Source: a virus. From it: DNA of 36,068 bases. Shown piece after piece: positions 33,527 to 36,068 of the stretch (position 1 is the first letter of the stretch; each line of letters begins with the position of its first letter). Under the pieces are notes generated by a model that saw only the letters and a list, made by a program, of their open reading frames with translations, was not told the origin of the DNA and did no database searches. Position numbers and translations under genes: made by a program. The stretch is taken from UHGV virus genome UHGV-0187047. The stretch is one strand, 5' to 3'.

Positions 33527-33558
33527 TAAAGGGCGAGGGGGCGGCTTCCCCTTGCCCT
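33517..33558 (+). promoter_or_regulatory. -1 programmed frameshift signal
   Basis: A AAA AAA (33517-33523), 6-nt spacer, 11-bp stem AGGGCGAGGGG/CCCCTTGCCCT. The -1 frame is open into 33580-33798. Confidence 0.85.
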
Positions 33559-33798
33559 CATTCTTTAGAATATGAACTGATGGATTTCACCGCCGAAGTT
33601 AGCAGGGCGTTTAACACAACACCGTTTTTTGTCTTTGAGCAAAACGCGGAAGATGTAATTATGCTTATCAATTACTTTATTGAAAAAGACGATACCGGCG
33701 AAAGCGTGAATGCTCAAAACTTCACAAATAACGAGCATAAGAAAAAGGTTGAACGAATTAAAGTTAATTCGCAGACGGCCACAGGCGGTTGGTGGTAA
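33523..33798 (+). CDS. Tail assembly chaperone frameshift extension (gpT-like)
   Basis: -1 frame ATA ATA AAG GGC...CTG ATG GAT continues without a stop to 33798. Confidence 0.8.
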   Translation: MIKGEGAASPCPHSLEYELMDFTAEVSRAFNTTPFFVFEQNAEDVIMLINYFIEKDDTGESVNAQNFTNNEHKKKVERIKVNSQTATGGWW

Positions 33799-33818
33799 TC
33801 AAAAGGTGGTGAACGTAT

Positions 33819-36065
33819 ATGAGCGAAACACTCGGTGCAAGTTTTCAAATTGATGTATCTAATCTAAAGGCAGGACTTGCACAGGCCAACAGACTAATTA
33901 GAGAGAGCAACAGCGAATTTAAAGCGGCGGCGGCCGGAATGGGCGATTGGACTAAATCGCAGGACGGCTTGACGGCTAAGATTAAGAATTTAAACGATGT
34001 TGCAAGCACTCAGCAAAAAAAGGTTAACGCCTTACAAAGCGAATATGATCGCCTTATTGCGGACGGCTTAGACCCTACGAGTGCGGCGGCTGTTAAGTTA
34101 AGAACACAAATTAACAACGAAAAAGCGGCACTCGCACAAACTCAGTCTGAAATTAAAAAATATAATTCTGCACTTGATGATATGAAAGCAAGTGCGAATG
34201 AAAATATTTCCGCAGGTCAAAAACTGAAAAATGAAATATCAAGTCAGCAAGACAAGCTCAGCATGCTCAAAGCGAAGTATCAAGATGTTGTACTTGAGCA
34301 GGGAAAAAACTCACAGGCGGCTAAAGACTTAGCAAAGGAAATTAACGCCTTAAATTCTGATCTCAACAACAACAAACGCAAATTGAACGAAAGCGAAATT
34401 GCACTTGATGACACAGCGAAAGCCGCGAAAGATAGCGGAGACGGTTTCACAATTGCAAAAGGTGCTATTGCGGATTTTATTGGCAATGGGTTAAGCAAGA
34501 TTGTTAGCGCCGCAAAAAGTGCAATATCAAGCATTATAGGGATTGCCGATGAAACAAGAGAATTTAGGCAAGATTTAAACACGCTTAAAACGGCTTACAA
34601 TGAGGTAGGATTTTCGAACGAACAGGCAACGGACACTTGGAAAGAGCTTTACGGCATTTTCGGCGAAGATGACAGAGCGGTTGAAGCTGCTAACAACATT
34701 TCGAGAATGTCAAAGAATCAGCAAGACTTGAATATGTGGACTAAGATAACAACAGGCATATGGGGCACATATCAAGATGCGCTACCCGTTGAGGGCTTGG
34801 CAGAAGCCGCAGGCGAGACGGCAAAAGTCGGAAAAGTTACAGGCGTTATGGCTGACGCGCTCAACTGGAGCAGCGAAGCGGCACAAATGTTTTCAAAATA
34901 TATGAGCGATGATGTCACAACCGCCGAAGACGCGTTCAATGTTGCATTGTCACAATGTACATCTGAGCAAGAGCGGCAAACATTAGTAACCGACACGCTA
35001 ACGGCGTTATATGGCGATGCCGCCGATACATACAGAGATACCGCAGGCGGTATTATTGAAGCAAACAAAGCGACAGCCGATTTAACATTGTCTCAAGCTT
35101 CATTGGGTGACAAGATAGAGCCTATACAAACAGCGGTTAAAGATGGATTTGGGAAAATTCTTGATAAAATTCTTGAATTAACAGATACCGTTGATTTTTC
35201 CGCATTCGCTGATAAAGTAAGCGATGGTTTTGATAATTTCATCAATGACGTTTTACCAAAAGTTGTTAACGGCCTTCAATGGATTATTGACAACAAAGAT
35301 GTTATCGGAGCTTTTGCAGGAGTTATAGGAACAGTAGCCGTTGCGCTCGGTGTACTTAATACTGTTCTTGCTATTCAGTCCGCTATAATGGCGGCAAATC
35401 CTACGACTTGGATTATAATGGCAATCGTTGCGGCAATCGCCGCCCTCATTGCAATAATTGTCCTTTGTGTTAAGCATTGGGACAAAATCAAGGAAGCAGG
35501 ACAAAAGGCAGGCAACGCAATAAAAGAAGCGTTTTCAAAAGCCGCTGATTCCATAAAAAATGTGTGGAACAGTATTCCGGAATTTTTTTCGGGGATTTGG
35601 AAAAAAATAAAAGAAAAGGTTTCAAACGTAGGTACAAAAACAGGTGAAGCAATAGGCGGAGCGTTTAAGAAAGCGATAAACTCAGTTATTGCAACGGTTG
35701 AAAAAGGAATTAACTTTATCCCCAACGCTGTTAACAAAATGGTTGGCAAAATAAATCAATTGCCGGGCGTTAGTATTTCGCCCATTCAAACTGTGTCACT
35801 TCCGCGACTTGCAAAGGGCGGTGTTGTAAAAAGGGCTACAACCGCAATGATAGGTGAGGACGGCGCAGAAGCTGTAATACCGCTTGAACGAAACAGAAAA
35901 TGGATCAGAGAAGTTGCAAAAGAGTTTTTAGCACAGCAAAAGCAAGGCGAAACCGTTGTTATAAATCAAACTAACAACTATTCACAGGCTCATAGCCGTT
36001 ATGAATTGTGGAAGTCGGAAAAAGCAACCGTTAGTGCTGTTAAATTAGCTTTGAAAGGGGTGTAA
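33819..36065 (+). CDS. Tail tape measure protein
   Basis: 748 aa, Ala-rich coiled coils, hydrophobic ANP...I segment, W/F periodic repeats, LAKGG...GEDGAEAVIPL. Confidence 0.93.
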   Translation: MSETLGASFQIDVSNLKAGLAQANRLIRESNSEFKAAAAGMGDWTKSQDGLTAKIKNLNDVASTQQKKVNALQSEYDRLIADGLDPTSAAAVKLRTQINNEKAALAQTQSEIKKYNSALDDMKASANENISAGQKLKNEISSQQDKLSMLKAKYQDVVLEQGKNSQAAKDLAKEINALNSDLNNNKRKLNESEIALDDTAKAAKDSGDGFTIAKGAIADFIGNGLSKIVSAAKSAISSIIGIADETREFRQDLNTLKTAYNEVGFSNEQATDTWKELYGIFGEDDRAVEAANNISRMSKNQQDLNMWTKITTGIWGTYQDALPVEGLAEAAGETAKVGKVTGVMADALNWSSEAAQMFSKYMSDDVTTAEDAFNVALSQCTSEQERQTLVTDTLTALYGDAADTYRDTAGGIIEANKATADLTLSQASLGDKIEPIQTAVKDGFGKILDKILELTDTVDFSAFADKVSDGFDNFINDVLPKVVNGLQWIIDNKDVIGAFAGVIGTVAVALGVLNTVLAIQSAIMAANPTTWIIMAIVAAIAALIAIIVLCVKHWDKIKEAGQKAGNAIKEAFSKAADSIKNVWNSIPEFFSGIWKKIKEKVSNVGTKTGEAIGGAFKKAINSVIATVEKGINFIPNAVNKMVGKINQLPGVSISPIQTVSLPRLAKGGVVKRATTAMIGEDGAEAVIPLERNRKWIREVAKEFLAQQKQGETVVINQTNNYSQAHSRYELWKSEKATVSAVKLALKGV

Positions 36066-36068
36066 AAT

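Larger units (their letters stand above)
1..36068. mobile_element. Complete temperate siphophage genome (circular form, intact attP)
   Basis: Full set of packaging, head, tail, lysis, integration and immunity genes. The window end (TMP stop plus RBS) joins seamlessly to the ATG at 1. attP has arm repeats on both sides of a tRNA-derived core. Confidence 0.93.

Noticed and set aside
1..36068. Stop-codon reassignment
   Set aside because: Core genes are full length in the standard bacterial code, and TAA, TAG and TGA are all used as stops.

Overview
This window looks like the complete, circularly permuted genome (36,068 bp) of a temperate siphovirus with HK97-type head genes. The end of the tape-measure gene and its downstream RBS (GAAAGGGGTG-TAAAAT) run directly into the ATG at position 1. 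SigA-type promoters, RBS style and gene families suggest a Bacillota/Clostridia host (inference). Gene order: tail tip genes (1-3702); an accessory region with a duplicated promoter/operator and small membrane peptides (3.8-5.9 kb); attP matching the 3' end of a tRNA-Gly; a tyrosine integrase; an unusually expanded immunity region; cro/xis; a replication module built on an HUH (rolling-circle-type) initiator; DNA-metabolism accessory genes; a late activator; fibre-like genes and a holin-M23 endolysin fusion; then packaging, head and tail genes. The most striking features are three. (1) A tandem array of five XRE repressor genes plus a half gene between int and cro, built from different HTH domains joined to a repeated C-terminal module, with ~100-bp near-identical direct repeats able to excise a 1,524-bp HTH+HIRAN cassette and rebuild a non-cleavable twin of CI. 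(2) A DUF6273-like gene with DGR variable-region signatures and a GC hairpin, but no RT or template repeat that I could find. (3) A holin-endolysin fusion. All family assignments come from motif recognition by eye; no database searches were run.
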